From contig JAMWBK010000003.1 in the NCBI GenBank assembly GCA_029953675.1, forward strand, positions 1,364,001 through 1,428,000: 64,000 nt of DNA, given 5' to 3'. The stretch is from Rhodosorus marinus CCMP1338. Its lineage: Eukaryota > Plantae > Rhodophyta. Below, piece after piece: positions 48,344 to 62,131 of this stretch; positions within the stretch are counted from its first letter, which is position 1; each line of letters starts with the position of its first letter. A program made the translations under genes and the position numbers. The notes under the pieces were generated by a model that ran no database searches, had not been told where the DNA came from, and worked only from the letters and a program-made list of their open reading frames with translations.

Positions 48344-51246
48344 CGCTCGAAAACACTCCAAAACGCACACCCTCTAGCCTGCTCTGATACCCAGTGACCC
48401 AAGAACTCCGCGATTACTTCTAGGACCCACTTACTGCAACATCTGTTCTGTACCCACGTACTGTACAAGTTGTCTCCCGGTCTAAAATCATGCACATACG
48501 AGCTCTCCAAGCTCAGTTTCTGCGACCAGACCAATACGATAACCGGACAGCTAACGTCGACCGTATCGCTATTTGCGGAACATAGCTTTCTAGCGATCGT
48601 CGAAGACTTTGATTCCTTTCCCACATTTTCGTAGCAGCTGCACTCAGCAGCTCAAACGCTCTGTGTGTACCATTGTCAAAACACCAAACTTCAGCCAATG
48701 TTTTGTAGTCAGCGATGCTCTCCGCTTTTTCGAATAAAGTTCTCCATCTAGTACCGCACTCCATTTGAAACAAGCAAATTCATAAACGAGAAAAGAAATT
48801 AAGTGAAAATATTGAAATCCGGGGGAAATCTTTCTTTTGGTTTTCGTCCTGAAGAGTTTCTCCATCTACGAAGGAAAAATATGCGCAAAAGCGACCCAAA
48901 CAAGAACTGAATATTGGCAGTGAAAAGTTGTTGTGGACTGGACTCGTTCACAGACTTGCAGATGCGGGAGGAGGAAACAGCAGGCAAGGCTTTTTAGTCT
49001 GGACTCATGCGCGGAACAAAAACCCTCGAGGTGATTCAACTGAAAGGGTTTGCGCGTGTGTGTTTATAGTTGGCGGATGCGGAAGAGAAGCTCTCGAACG
49101 GCAACAAAGTTCCTGCAGAAATGGAACAGCTCTGCTAAAGACTCGACGGGGCCTTTCTTCGCATGGCTGAAGTACCTGGACTCTGTTGGCAACGCGATCG
49201 TCCAAAGCCCTTGGGTTGAGTTTTTTGGTTATTTGCTATAAAAGTTTTCTATTACCACCCTATATGTGGATGTGCCCTGCTGTTCGTCATAGGAACTATA
49301 ATACATGCCCAGAAGCAAACGGGCTTCAAACTCACCCGTCCACAAAATGCAGCGCCATTTGTTCTGTCGCTAATTGGTGAGGGATTTTGCTTTGAATTCA
49401 ACGCAGGACGAAAACTATAATAAATTATTAAAACCACTAGAGGATAGACCAGACCTCAGATTTCAAAACAATTGGCAACAAAAACAAATCGGCCGATCCA
49501 GGGGGTAAACGTCTAGTGACTTTCCCTTCGGTTCAGATCAAAATATTTACTTTTTTAAAATGTTTTTGGGCTGTGAGTGCTGCTCCTACCCCGTGGCAAC
49601 GTAGTATTACATTGTAGTCTGCGCTCGAATTTTGCTTACAAAAGACACAAACGATTTTGGGTGACCTGCTCGCACGCGGTGAGCTGGTGCTATCTGCTTC
49701 TTGCATGCTGTGGTGTGCGATTGACCTTGAGTTTGTCGCACAGGGGTTTTAGCTCGACTGGATTTCGTGCGATCTCAATTAAGAAGTGCAGAAGGGGGAC
49801 GTATTTTCTCCTCACCTCGCATTTACGTCTTTTGCGTGGGGTTGGCCGTGACAGGGCGCGTTCCTGCTAAACAAAGCCGTTTCAAACCTTATCAGGCATC
49901 AGGAGAGTTGGTATGTGCAACAGGCTGTTCACCGAACTCGAGATATAGATGAAAAGCTATCATCGGCGCTGCTTTGCGGTTGCATTGGAATGGCAATGCC
50001 TTCGTCCGCTTCTACATTAGACTGCTAACTCACGGTGCTAAGTGACCTCCTGAACATCAAGGAGTATTCTATTTCGTAGCCGGGTTTGACTCTTCAGTCC
50101 TCCCACGCACCGGATAAGCAAGTCAAGCATTTCATTGACCAAGGGGGAGGTGCATAATTTCTTGCCTCCTTCGTGGTAACAGCCTTGGAAAGTCTCTACC
50201 AGCGGGCTTCTCCCAGCAGTCGGCGAAGTCTCAAAATAGATTTGCTCACCACTAGGCTTTTCGCAAGGCACATTTATACACTTATCTGTTTTCTCTGTAC
50301 TCACCCATGTGCAGAGCTTGGCTGGAGTAAAAAGCACTCACAGGGGATCATGCTCTGCCGTTAGTTGGGAAAAAGACCCTACTGCGGCGCTGCGCGACAA
50401 GTGCATGAGTATTTTCTTGCTATCCGCCGAAAAGGAAAGAAAAACACTTAGGCGCATTCGTCGGGCGAAGACGTCGGGAACACTGGCCATTCCTTGAAGA
50501 CAACAAAGGTGCAGTCCCGATTTCCCCAGTCGTAGGGGGGATACAAACAAGCTGCCGTCGCAGACAATTTCCGCCTCCCTGAGGGACCATGCAGAGCGGA
50601 TATTACCTTGTTAGGCTTGTTCCGAAGCAGCCCTGCCCACCAGATAGCGAAGGTAAAGTGCTAGATGGTAGCCACAGCAGAATGTCCTCGATCATCAACA
50701 GAGGAGTTGGTGAAGAGATGCGCTCATAGCAGAAATTGTCATGCAAGCGGTGGGTTCATTCCTACTGGATTCCTCAACTAGGCGTCGGTTTGGAAAACCT
50801 CTGCCACCGGGCTTCTCCCAGCAGTCGGCGAAGTCACAACTCCTTCAACTAGCAACTCTCCAATCGACCTGTAGAGAACTAAGCTTCTAGCTTTGCATGA
50901 TCGCCACTGGCTGGAAATCCAACCCTGAACGCTCCTAAGATAGATGGCTTAAGCCCTACTCCGTTCCTGCTCGTACAGTGCAAAACATCCGATCTCGTGA
51001 ATGAAACCGTCCCTCCTGTAGCGCAAGTACTTTTCGGATGGGCTCGGCGGGGGCCCGAGACTAAACAGAGTGATTCGGAAGCCATTTATTCAATACGGTG
51101 TGATGTAGTATGCATCTCTCAGGCCGGACAGAACAAGTTCGCCTGCAGCGATCTCCTCGAGTCGCATAAATCGTTGCTCGAATCGTCCGCACCTACGTCC
51201 ACGGTTCCTATACTTGGAAATCTTCCACTTCTGCTAAGTTGAGGAG

Positions 51247-51700
51247 TTACAGATTATCTGGATCTGTTTCTGGTGTCATGCGGTGGTAGTAGGCATAATG
51301 TCTAGGCATGAGCCCTCGTCTGTAAACCTCCAAATGTCTGATCAACCGTTTTCTGTCTTTCACATCCATTCCCATAGTCTTCAACACTGCACAGCCAAAG
51401 CAAACAAGGTTAGCCGTGCAGGGTGGATGTTGGAGATCAAAACACAAAGGCTGACGCAGGTCAGCTAAAATTATCCACTCGTATGGTCGAATGCGGGACA
51501 TTACCATTTGTTGAATACGGCGTAAATCGGATTTCCACAAGCTGCCTGAAACTCTTAAATTTGGAATGTTCATGTTCTAGACCAATACTCTTCAAAAACC
51601 CGTACAGGTTCACTTCCGGTATTGGCACCTTGGGTACGTAGCTGCGGAACAACGCATAGGTATGCTGGTTGTAGCGCACTGCCTTCGGCTTCGGAGGCAT
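51247..51700 (-). CDS. IGR-motif/SAM-like protein (mitoribosomal mS41/Fyv4-like); N-terminus may extend upstream
   Basis: FLKSIGLEHEHSKFKSFRQLV...LKTMGMDVKDRKRLIRHLEVYRRG resembles the family pattern FL..IG......KF.....L..MG....DRK..L. Confidence 0.7.
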
Positions 51701-52755
51701 CTTTAGCCCCACCTACCCTTGTCGCTCAAACCCCCGTTGATCAAAAGGCAATTCGAAACGAGTTGCCCTACTTGCAGGTTAGACCCCAGCCTTGCAATAC
51801 CTCTAAACGTCAGAAAGCACCGGCCCACGTCCTTTCTTTCAAAGGCGTAGAAGTGGTACCATAATATCCTGAAAAGAAAAAACTTTAGAGCCTGCACGCC
51901 ACAAGCTGACTTTCGTCAAACCATTGGATCCCACTCTGCCCAGCATCAACGATAATGCGACAAACACGAACGCACCTCGACCCCCTTCCCAAAACGTCTG
52001 CCGACCGCTTCGAGCACCCGAATAAAGAACTCCGTCCACATTCTCAATTCGACTAGGGGTGGGCTCGGTCTGTCTCGCCAACACGATCAGATTATTTGGA
52101 GCAGATTCGTTCATCCACAAAGCGTTTCCCTGATTCATGCTACGTTCAAGAGAGCTGGGTAGGTTTCATTTTCATAGCAGGCGACGTTGAACAGACATAA
52201 CGGCGGCTATCAATCATGCTGACGCGTCACAGCCATTACGAAATCTAAAGTTGGCTTGATGCGCTGTGATGGTTTACGGTTTTCAACATTTCTTGAAATG
52301 GACAGTAGTAAACTAAATAACAAGCGAGGTACTCCTGTTCTTGCTTTTCGAGAAGTTAATTCTTTCTAAGTCATCTAGCGCACCTTCAGGGACCCGATCC
52401 GCATTCCTTGCAACCTGTCGTTTCCAGAGGACTTCCCCTGCGTTATTTTCGAGCTGGAGCAGTGTTCAACAGCCTTGGGACCAGTTGATTCGGAAAACTC
52501 CCTGCACAGTGGGCAAACTCAGCTGAACCTCAAGCTTGAGGCTGGAAGAACGGGATGTGAGTCAGGACTCACATCACAGGATGTTCAGGGGTGCGCTTGC
52601 ATCAGGCTAAACACCTCGTCCTAATAGTTTGTTCGTTTAGTTATCGTACAATAGTTCGGAACGTGACTCATGCGCTCGATAGAGTTTCGCGCTGTGCCTA
52701 GCCGACAGTATGGCTTCGGGTTAAAGTATAGTTTCGTTGCTCACAAAACTACCTA

Positions 52756-54872
52756 CTACTCAGCCGTGAATTCGTACAACACAGAGGCAATCGTCTCCGC
52801 CGCTGGGCCGGGCACAACCGCGAGTTCTACCAAGTCTCGCTCGTAACGCGTCAATACGCTTCGATTATTCGGTGCTTCAGCTAGATTCTGAAGCGTAAGA
52901 GCGGCTCGCGCGCCGAGCTCTTCGTCTTGCAAAAGGGCAACGAGCCTGTCAATTCCCCGAGGAGTCCTCGCAAGTTTCCCCCGGGCCGGCCAGTCAAACA
53001 TGCTAACATTACAGACTGCGCTCAGGGCCGCCGCAGCCACCCTTCGCTGCTGCCCTCCAAGCACATCGATCAGGCGCGGAAGTAAAACATCAAAGCACGC
53101 GGTTATTGCCCCTTCATTCCGATCTATGTTTGTGGCGAGCCTTGCCAATATATCCGCACCCTTCGCAAAACGGCTGACAAAGTATTCCTGTCCCGGTAGG
53201 AAAGGATCCAGGCACGATACTGCCGTCACAAGCACCTTCTCTGCCGGATAGCCCTCAGAAACATTCATATGCGACGCCGAGTTTATCCACAGGTCGGTGA
53301 GATTATCTTTGATCTCCAGCGCCACTTTCGGACAGAGTATAAGTCGCCCCACCATTTCATGCAAATTCACGCTCTCCGCAAACAGAGCGCCATTTTTTTC
53401 GATGAAACTCAGATTTCGGAGCACGTTGGAGGCCAGAAGAGCTCTTTCCTCGGTTTCAACGCTGACGGGATCCCGAGAGTTGAAAAGGTCATTGTCATAC
53501 TGAAGCAGTGTAGGGTCTTCCCGCCACGACTCGGGCTCCTTCGAGGTATCTCTCCCCGTGGCGCTTGCAGCAGCCATGATTCGAAGTCCGCTTTTGATCC
53601 GCGCATCAATTCCAGGGTGGAGTCCTTGCTTTCGCAACCTCTCCATGTCCCTCCAGTATCGCTGCAAAGTTAGAAGTAGTGCTGCAGAGTATCTTTGAGT
53701 TGGTAAGGGTTCCAGGATGGAGAATGCAAGCTGCCCAGCTGGTATCCGCCACGTTAGAGTCAATGATACTTACCATCGATGAGCCCGGGAAAGTCACGAA
53801 CCAAAAGGTTCCTCCTGTTGTCGCATGACAACGAGTTCAGGGCCCCGAGACCCCAAGCCACCTGCTCTCGCACGTCCCCAGCCATGGATAGAACGAGCTT
53901 CTCGCGCTCCTGTGGATTGTCATAATTGAAAACAACTTGAGGAGGCGGCTCAATGTTCGCCCCGTACAAATCCCGTCCCTCAGCTCCACCATGTGCATAA
54001 CCACCATTGGGTATTGACCCTGATGCAGCCGCAGCAGCAGCCGCGGCTTGTGCCGCGGCAGCCTCTTGTGCAGCTGCGGCCGCGGCTCTTGCCGCAAGCT
54101 TCTCCGCAGAAGGAGGACGTCCGCGACGCCGTGGCATTTGCGGGGACGGGTTTACCCCGAAGGTGTCAATAGACACTGAAGCAGCAACTGCGGTGACTGC
54201 GGTTTCCGCCGCCTTTCGCTTAGGTCGTTCACGCCCTAAAGCCACGCTCGGTTCCTTCGCTGCTTCCGAAGCCGATGGTTGCGCCACTAGTCCCGGGTCA
54301 ACCTGCTGCTCGTTCGCTCGAGTTGCCTCTTGCTTCACTTGGTTTTCCGCTTCGATCAATTTCTTCTTCTCCATGAGAAGCAATTTGGCCCTTTGCGGAT
54401 CCCGTCCGAACACGAAGTGTTGCTCGTATTGATACAAAATCTTTTCGTAAGACTGACGAAGCATATAAGCTGCGGACGTGCAGCTTCTGGGAAGCACCAG
54501 TTTCCTCGTCACAATCTTAAATGCCCTAGTCTCAATCACGTTATTTAGACCGCCCTGGTCCATGACTTCAACGAAAAGTTGATAAATATTTAACGGCGAG
54601 CCTCCGAGAGTCGGAACCTTGAAGTTCAATTCCCCGATTTCAGACATGAAGTGCTTATGATCCGCCAAAAAGTCGTCCTTTGGACTTCCACTCTCCATCG
54701 AATCATTCTTCATCTGCTCAGAGATAAAGCGCCTACCAATCTCCGGAACAACCGCTTTGTACTTTTGAATGACATCTTCCACGCCTTCGTTATCCACTCT
54801 CAAGTCCTTTTCACTCTCCTGAACACTCTCGCCGGGCTCAGTACTGAGCAAGTCCGGACCGAACGCATCCAT
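52756..54872 (-). CDS. ARID-domain plus ARM-repeat SWI/SNF subunit (ARID1/ARID2/Swi1-like)
   Basis: ARID: PTLGGSPLNIYQLFVEVMDQGG...CTSAAYMLRQSYEKILYQYE. BAF250_C-like: KLVLSM....QVAWGLGALNSLS and RALLASNVLRNLSF. One intron near 53720-53770. Confidence 0.9.
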
Positions 54873-55845
54873 TGCCAAAAACCTCTTACCGAGAAAAACT
54901 CGAGCCACCTCCTTATCCCCCTTCCTCAAATGGATCAACTCATTTCCTACAAATATAGGGACATCTTGAAGCAGCTCAATGCAACACCAGATTGTTAACC
55001 ACTAAACTTTCCCGCAGTAAGAAGCTTCTTCGTCGATAAGAGCTGCCCCTGCTACCCAACCAGGCGTTTAACACCAAAATTCACAGGCGCAAAGCGGTAA
55101 CGACAAAACGAATCAATTAGCATCAAAGCGTGCACCTGGCCCGGCTCAATTCCCCGCTCGTTCCCGAATCCGGACAAGAAATCTTTCCTCGGAGCAGGGT
55201 CCTTACGAGGAGGTTTTCCACAAAGCCAAGCTTAATCCAACACTGTGGTCGGCAACAGCACGTTTCTTCATCGATTACAAATGCTCGCCCATTACAATGA
55301 GGTGCAGAACGCAACTCCGGATGCTGTTCTGCGGACGAGTGGTTTGATGAGGACTCTATCTGGGGGACTGGAAAGTTGTACTCGAGGAATAGTAAATGGA
55401 TGCCAGAGTCCGAGGAGCGAAGTGGAAAGTGAAGAACAGATTTCTAGAAATTCGTCAATACACCTCCAAAACTGCACGTAAGCAACAAGTGACAGCATGC
55501 AGCAAAAGCTGTGGAGGTTAGAAGTTGTGCTTCTAATCTGGCAGCACACCCGGGAAGGGGAATAACCATTCTTATTTGTGCCGAATAGATGACCTTTCAG
55601 CTCCGCAATGGAGGGGAAGGGTCGCGTGGATGGTGGATTATATTCCGGTTTATGCAAATTCCAGTTCACTTGGGTATCGCCTTCGTTGCATAGCTGTGGC
55701 ACACATTTACATTCCTGGCTTTTCTACTGGTCTCTTACTGCCGTATAAATAAGAAGCGCTTGGCAAAGCGGCCAACCTTGGTTACCAAAAAAAGGACTAA
55801 AAGAATCAGATGGAGTTGAAGTAACAACAACTTGGTCATGGCGGC

Positions 55846-58213
55846 TCAGTTTTCATTCTCCGACTTTTCGGCTGTTAAAATTGCATCCAGATCGAAGCGT
55901 TCTTCGGCAATGCGCCTCACTAGCAAGAAATTCTTCCTCTGCAGAACACGGAGAGTCTTCCACACGTACCTGGACCGAGCAAAGAGAGAGTACAACCTTG
56001 AGTAAAGTGCGTTCAATGGATACAGATGACCGATGGGAACCTACGGTTTCATGTTCTTCCGCTTTACGGACGGGTCTTCCTCATCCTTGTCATCTGTGAG
56101 CTGGGATTGTATTAGTTCAACTGTAGGGGCGGAATTTTGCCACGACTTGAGGTCCTCCGTCCTTTCCTCTTCAGAAGGCAGCGCCCATGGCTTCCCCTTG
56201 TCATCATCCTCGTACGACCTGCGGGTTTGCATCATACACTTGGCAATGAGCACATCTGTCTTACGTTCTCGACGGAACCCGTTCAGCGGGATGCATGGAT
56301 TTTCCTTACAACAGAATCTTCGACGCCTTCTTCGGCTTCTCCACCTCGGATCCAATTGGTTTTCTCTTCCGCCTCTGGTCACCTGGTCGAGTTGCACAGG
56401 GTTATCAAAGTGCAGAGCGTATTCAGTACTCAGCTGCAATCATGCCAACCAGTCAAACGCACGAGAAAGAGCAAGAGAGCACTCTGCCGTAATTGCGAAT
56501 TCGAAAGCAATTACAGCAGGCATAGTTTTCTACTCACTCGCTTCAAAAGGAACCGGAGCTCGATCGAAAGGTTTGCATCCATTAGCCTTCCAAGAGATCC
56601 AGTGCTTCTCCCAGTAGAACGCCCTCGTCATTCCCGTACCGAAGGTCTTCCCGCTTGGGCCAATCGAGTCTAACAACGATAGCACCCTCCGGTTTAACGC
56701 ACTTTCTGTGTGTGACTTGCTCTTCGGGTATAAAAAATGAGCAAGGTTGGCGTCAGGCTTCCAAAACGGGGATTCGCATCGATCTGTGCAAGAGGGTACT
56801 CACGCTGTCGAATGCCTCCTCGGGTTTCTGGACGATTCGCAAGTGTCTCAGCAGGATCAAAAACTGGACTAGAATATGTCGCCTGAAGAAGCCATCCCCA
56901 AGCTGTAGTCGGAACAGCTGCGGATCAGTCAGGAATTTTATAGCTCTCTTTTCCTCATTGCCAGCGGCCTTAAAAATCACAAGAATGACAACGGTGAGCT
57001 AAGGTTGTCGAAAAAGACGCCCTGTTCGGGAAACTGAGAAATCGAAGCCGTTCGAAGTTCTATCTGATGCACACGCAGGGCCACGAGGATTTGATGGTGA
57101 GCTACCCACATCTCTAGTACTTATTACAGGTATTGCCTCAAACGCTTCCATTATCTGTTGCATTGACTCGTAAACTTTTTCCCAAACCTAGCCATCACGA
57201 GGGATATCTCTTAGGATCTCGAATTCTACCAGCACGAGCGGCTACTTCAAAGCAGCCACTTCGATTCGTGCAGGGTCCGGTCTCACCGCAGAATCTTCAA
57301 CATCGTAAGCCCTCGAGAGGTATTTTTGCAATCCCCAAAACTTCGTATAAAGCTTGAAATCCGCCACAGCGCTTCCGCTTGCATCTTCGTGATCAGTGAA
57401 GCTAGTAGTGTTCGAGAGGTTATAGTGTCCGCGGAGATTGACCGCAGACTTCTCGGACAAGGGAAACATCGTGGCCAGCAGAGTAAGTGCGCGACCGCAA
57501 ACAGCAGTATCGGAGACCCTGGAACACCTGTACATTCGAGACGGAACAAGCTTCAGAGCACGCTTCTTAAGTGGATCACCAAAAGGGGGTGCGCGCCAAC
57601 CTTCGCAGGAATTCGACAAGAGTCCTTAGCACATCAAACTTGGCCGACCCTTGAAAATTCGATAATCGGGAAATACGCTTGGCCCTCGCCTCAATCTGAA
57701 AGGACCCGGAAATAAAACTTAGTGCTGGCCGATCCGGCTTTTTGAAATTGGTGATGGTACACTTACCTTCTCAAACACGCTACTGACCTCTGGGAAGGAA
57801 AGAGAAGTGATCGCGTCTTGGAACATGTTAAATGGGGTCTCTGGGTCCGTGAGATTCCTCGACGCTAAGTCTATTGCTGCATCGAGCATTGTAAAACATG
57901 CATCGTTTTCGTCAACATTCCTCTGAGCGTTCCAGGTTCCATAAAACCCGATTCAGAGGAGAAGAGGTACGGAGACCCGAGTTCGGTTGAGGACTCTCAG
58001 GTGATCGAAAGATTGCGAAGTGCGACATACCGCTTCGTAAGCCTCCTGTCGGAGCGCGGCCTGGACGGCCCTCTTCGATTCTGTGGTGTGATCTGATACA
58101 TTCTCGACGGCTTTCGATATGTCTTCCGCATTCAAAGACCATCGAAGCTTTCCCAACTCCGCTTCCACCCGGTTCGCGGTTGCGTCAAAGCTCAAACCCT
58201 CGTCCGCAGCCAT
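55846..58213 (-). CDS. THOC1: THO complex subunit 1 (Hpr1), multi-exon
   Basis: FPLSEKSAVNLRG, FKLYTKFWGLQKY, KFLTDPQLFRLQLGDGFFRRHILVQ, EKHWISWKANGCKPF and last exon YVWKTLRVL. Confidence 0.92.
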
Positions 58214-60044
58214 AACGTCCGGTTGCTTCAAATCAGCAGTACCCACTGCGTCTGCCTAACTGAAAATGCTAATCCATTCGACCAACTGCTTCCGTTGCTT
58301 CAATCACACTTCCAAAACTGCAAAAACAATCTGAAGTCCACCTTCCCTCTCCCCCCCACCCCCGAAACTATCCGCTTCCAACTGCTTCAGCTGACCGAAG
58401 AAGTGAGCCGATTCGTGCAAGAACATGCTCATATCGCTCTTGAGGGAATTTGCCGCCGAGGTTTGGTGAGTTACGAACTTGCTTGCGCGGTTGTCGGGAG
58501 CATCTGCCATGATAGGGGAAGCAAATTTGAGTACTGAGCGGAACGAAGCCATGCCTTTAAGTCTTGTGATCTGATCGTGTCCTCGAAGCGTCGCGAGCTC
58601 TCTCCACTTCTTCGCGGAGAAATATAATTTGCACGTGTACAAGAACTGGAGAGCTTGAAGATCCTGGTGAGCCAGGGTCCTCATGGCTTTCTCATGCGAT
58701 ACTTCACCAAGCGCATGGTGGTGAACGCAACGCGAGAGGAGATAGTATAAATAAGGTTACATGATATTTGAACTCTGCTGAACTCGAAATACTTGAGCAA
58801 CTGCGTGGGACTCGAGAACATTATCATGGATCAATCACTCTGGGCTCAGGAAATCATGCTGATTCCTCTTTATAAGATCCCCCGAAAGAGCATGTAGACA
58901 GTGATCTGGGTCTCGATAACGGTTTCGCTAACCCCACGGGACTGACAGAAAGCGGAGACATGCGCTTGGCATATTGACAGCAGGCCTTCGTTAGTGTCCA
59001 GATTGCTCAGAGATGGTTATGCGAAATTCCCAACCCTTGAATCTCTGCTGTCCGAGCGCCTTCACATCGATTCGTACATTCAGTTTGCGAAAGGTTCACT
59101 CTACAAATCTGCTCTTGGCCAATTTGACCCTAGATACCTCAAGAACAGACGTGAACACAACTCCAGCATCTCTTCTCCGAGGCGTATTGACTGAAGCTCT
59201 CGCGCGAGAGAACCAGACCTTCGGAAACTGACGGAGCTGCCTTTCTTCCGCGAAATCTTCCACTAACAGTTTTCCTTCCCAATGCGGTGGCTTTTACCTA
59301 CAGCATAGGACAGTACCCAAGCACATGAACGCGCTGAAACCGGCAACAGCTAGGAGAAGGATGTATCCCATAATGTCTTCCTACGGGTCACAAAACCGCA
59401 CTAGGTCCGACAGCAACTTAGATCTGGCTTGGATGTCTCACAGTACCAGAGGCCTCTCTTCTACCTTAGCCTTCGCAATTCGTCATACCAGAAGTAATTG
59501 AATAATTGAAACTGAGCAGCTATCCTTCCGATACATCCATCCGTCCCGCCCCCACAATTCTGTAAACCAAGCCGATCAAAGTATCCGCAATTATTGGATT
59601 AGTCATCAACCATCCGATAAACGCTATTGGACGCGTCTGCAAATTTTTCTGCATTGAATACATGTAAAAAGTTAGATTGTCATTGATTGAAATTCTTCTT
59701 TTACATCGTATATCTAGTTGATGGTGACCGGGTTATTCTGTCCGATAACGCGTTTTCATATTCAATTAACGTTGGCTAATAATCAATCATTTCTCGTTCG
59801 GCTATTGAATCATGATCATGTTAGAAACTTTCGAACCAACTTGTCTTTACTCAAACCGGGTCCCAGGATCTAGCAGAGCTAGGTCTTATATATTCTTGGT
59901 TACTGTAAACTACGACCCACCTGACATTAAAGTAGAAACGGTCGGGGTCTAAAACTAGGAACACCGACTCTAAAGGTAGAAAGTACCTGACACTAAAAAT
60001 GGACAAGGTACAACCTGTCAAGGAGATTTCTCACGGGCTACTTC

Positions 60045-60730
60045 TGATACACGTTCGTAGTTACGTGCGTCTTTGATCCAAATGAATCTCCTAATCCAGA
60101 AGAACCAGAGGAACATCCTAAACCAGAAGAACCAGAGGAATCTCCTAATCCAGAAAGAACCAGATGAGTATCTTAAACATGACAAACCCGGAACAAGAAT
60201 GTCGTCCCTGATCAAGATCCAAGACCCGCAACCAAGGCCTACGATGGGGAAAGGGATGTACTGCTAATAAGCACCTTCCTCAATAGCCTACGCACATACT
60301 TTAAATTGGCGCGACTTCCCCATGACGATGAAGCATACCCTGGCCGAAGGGTACTTGACCGGAGACGCATCATTTTGGTTGTCCCCCTAATCCCAAGGAC
60401 AAAACGACCGAAAACTTTCGACGTAGACTCAATTCTAGTAGACTCGAAAAATTCCCTATTTTTTATATCTTTTTATTATCTCGGATACAAAGGTATTTTT
60501 CTCTCTCCTCTAGTTCCGAGCTGAAATGCCGAATACTTCCGTATTTATAGACTAGCTTCCCATGATCAATCCTACTTTGCTTTTAGTTTTAGCACTCGGT
60601 GCTGATTTGTTCGCAGTTTGTTTTGTAGCCATTCCTGATTTGTACCCATGAGGAGTTGTTTGTTTTTTTTTAGCTCACTGACTAGTTAGCCATGTGTCAT
60701 GTCAGGACAAGTTCTCGAGAGTGCGTGACA
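60045..60730. mobile_element. Scrambled relic of the same Gypsy family: minus-strand LTR split by a plus-strand gag fragment
   Basis: The reverse complement of ~60425-60730 starts tgtcacg and matches LTR 1992-2328 (ggattgatcatg.gaa.ctag.ctataaatacgga.gtattcggc). The LTR end lies on the minus strand at 60045-60081. 60198-60421 matches gag 2375-2590 (MSSLIKIQ.PQP, YFKLARLP). Confidence 0.88.
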
Positions 60731-62131
60731 AGCTGTCCCTTTATCATATTGAAACATGATTACTTCTCGGGTAGACAGGCTGTCATATTTCATGTTTTTA
60801 TTAGTACGCTTGGGTTCGAATGTTGGAACAACCAAACATAGATGATCACAGCGTCCTGGAAAGGAAGATTGATATCCAATCAATATCAGTCGTTGATTGA
60901 GGGAAATCGAGCAGGAATCGGTCGTCATCGAACCGCTGTTCGACGAACCCTTGTTTTTATTTCTAATACGTAGAAAATATACCTTATTATTACTAAATAC
61001 AGGTCCGATAAACGTTTCTTGGACCATCCGATATTGTTATCGGACGCAATCTTACGTTTTTTTATCGGACGGAGATGACAACTTTACAAATGGCTCATCC
61101 ACCAAACTTATACCGTCGGCTCGCTTATCCGACGGTCTAATATAAGTATAAGTTTCAGACGGGAATTGACGTTTTTTTATAGGGCGGATATGTTAACCCA
61201 AATGGTCAAAGATAATTGGAAAACAAATCAAGTGAGATCGTTTCTGGTGTCAGATTACCAGTAGCTTGACCGCCGCCTTCTTGGTGCGGAGTCTCGTCTC
61301 AGGCCAAGAACAAAAAAAAACATCAATTCTTCATTAATGGTTGTTCCAGATACCCCTAGGGCACACCGGCAGCTCTTTACTGTAATTACAGAGATTATTA
61401 CAAAATAAATACATTATACAGACGTATGCGTATTCAACGTACCCCCCATAAAATACTTGTTTTTTACTTCTTCTGAAAAACTTTCAAAAACCTACAATTG
61501 TTTTCAGTTTTGTTTAGTATACCTTAACTGGAAGAGCTAATTCTTCGTATAGATGAAAGACGACTGATGAAGGTAGGGGGGCGGGGAAAAGGGGGGCCGC
61601 AAAAGGCAGGGCGGTTAAATGGTGAATGTCACAGATATACATGCCTAAACAGCTCAAAAGCAAGGTTTTGAAGTGGATATTGTAAAATTATTGGTAATAT
61701 TATTAGTTGTGTAAGATAGCGGAGGGGTAGGGCAAATATTCGGGTTTGTGGGTACAGCTGGGACTATGATGTGTTTCTGAGGCTAAACGTTTTTACATGC
61801 CCACATGCCGGGAGAGGGGAGGTTTCAGTTGGGGCTATTTTTTTTGGAGGTTTGTTTACTAAGCGCGGAGTTGTTGGAAATTCCTAGTTGGTTGGTTGAC
61901 AGTGTGGATACGGAACTGAAACTCAAGAAGGGAAAACGGTGTTTGGGAATGCGGAGAATGTGGGACCGGGACAGGCTGGGTAGTGCGGGTGAAGTTGTGT
62001 ATCACAATGTTTTCTTACTGAAGGATGTGCAGCAGTGTTGGGGGTAGGACTTGTGGTGGCTCTTGGAGATTTCGTTGATTTGGTTGAGTTCGACCGAAAA
62101 GGGTCTGGGTGCAGTGGGAGCGGGAGGAGGC

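Noticed and set aside
48513-48773. CGTRWRT resembling the hAT transposase TRW motif
   Set aside because: A single weak motif, with no other hAT features or TIRs.
55292-55702. 136-codon ORF between the ARID gene and THOC1
   Set aside because: No recognisable domain; it may be a small gene but cannot be supported from sequence.
58304-59500. Short ORFs upstream of THOC1
   Set aside because: No known motif and frequent stops.
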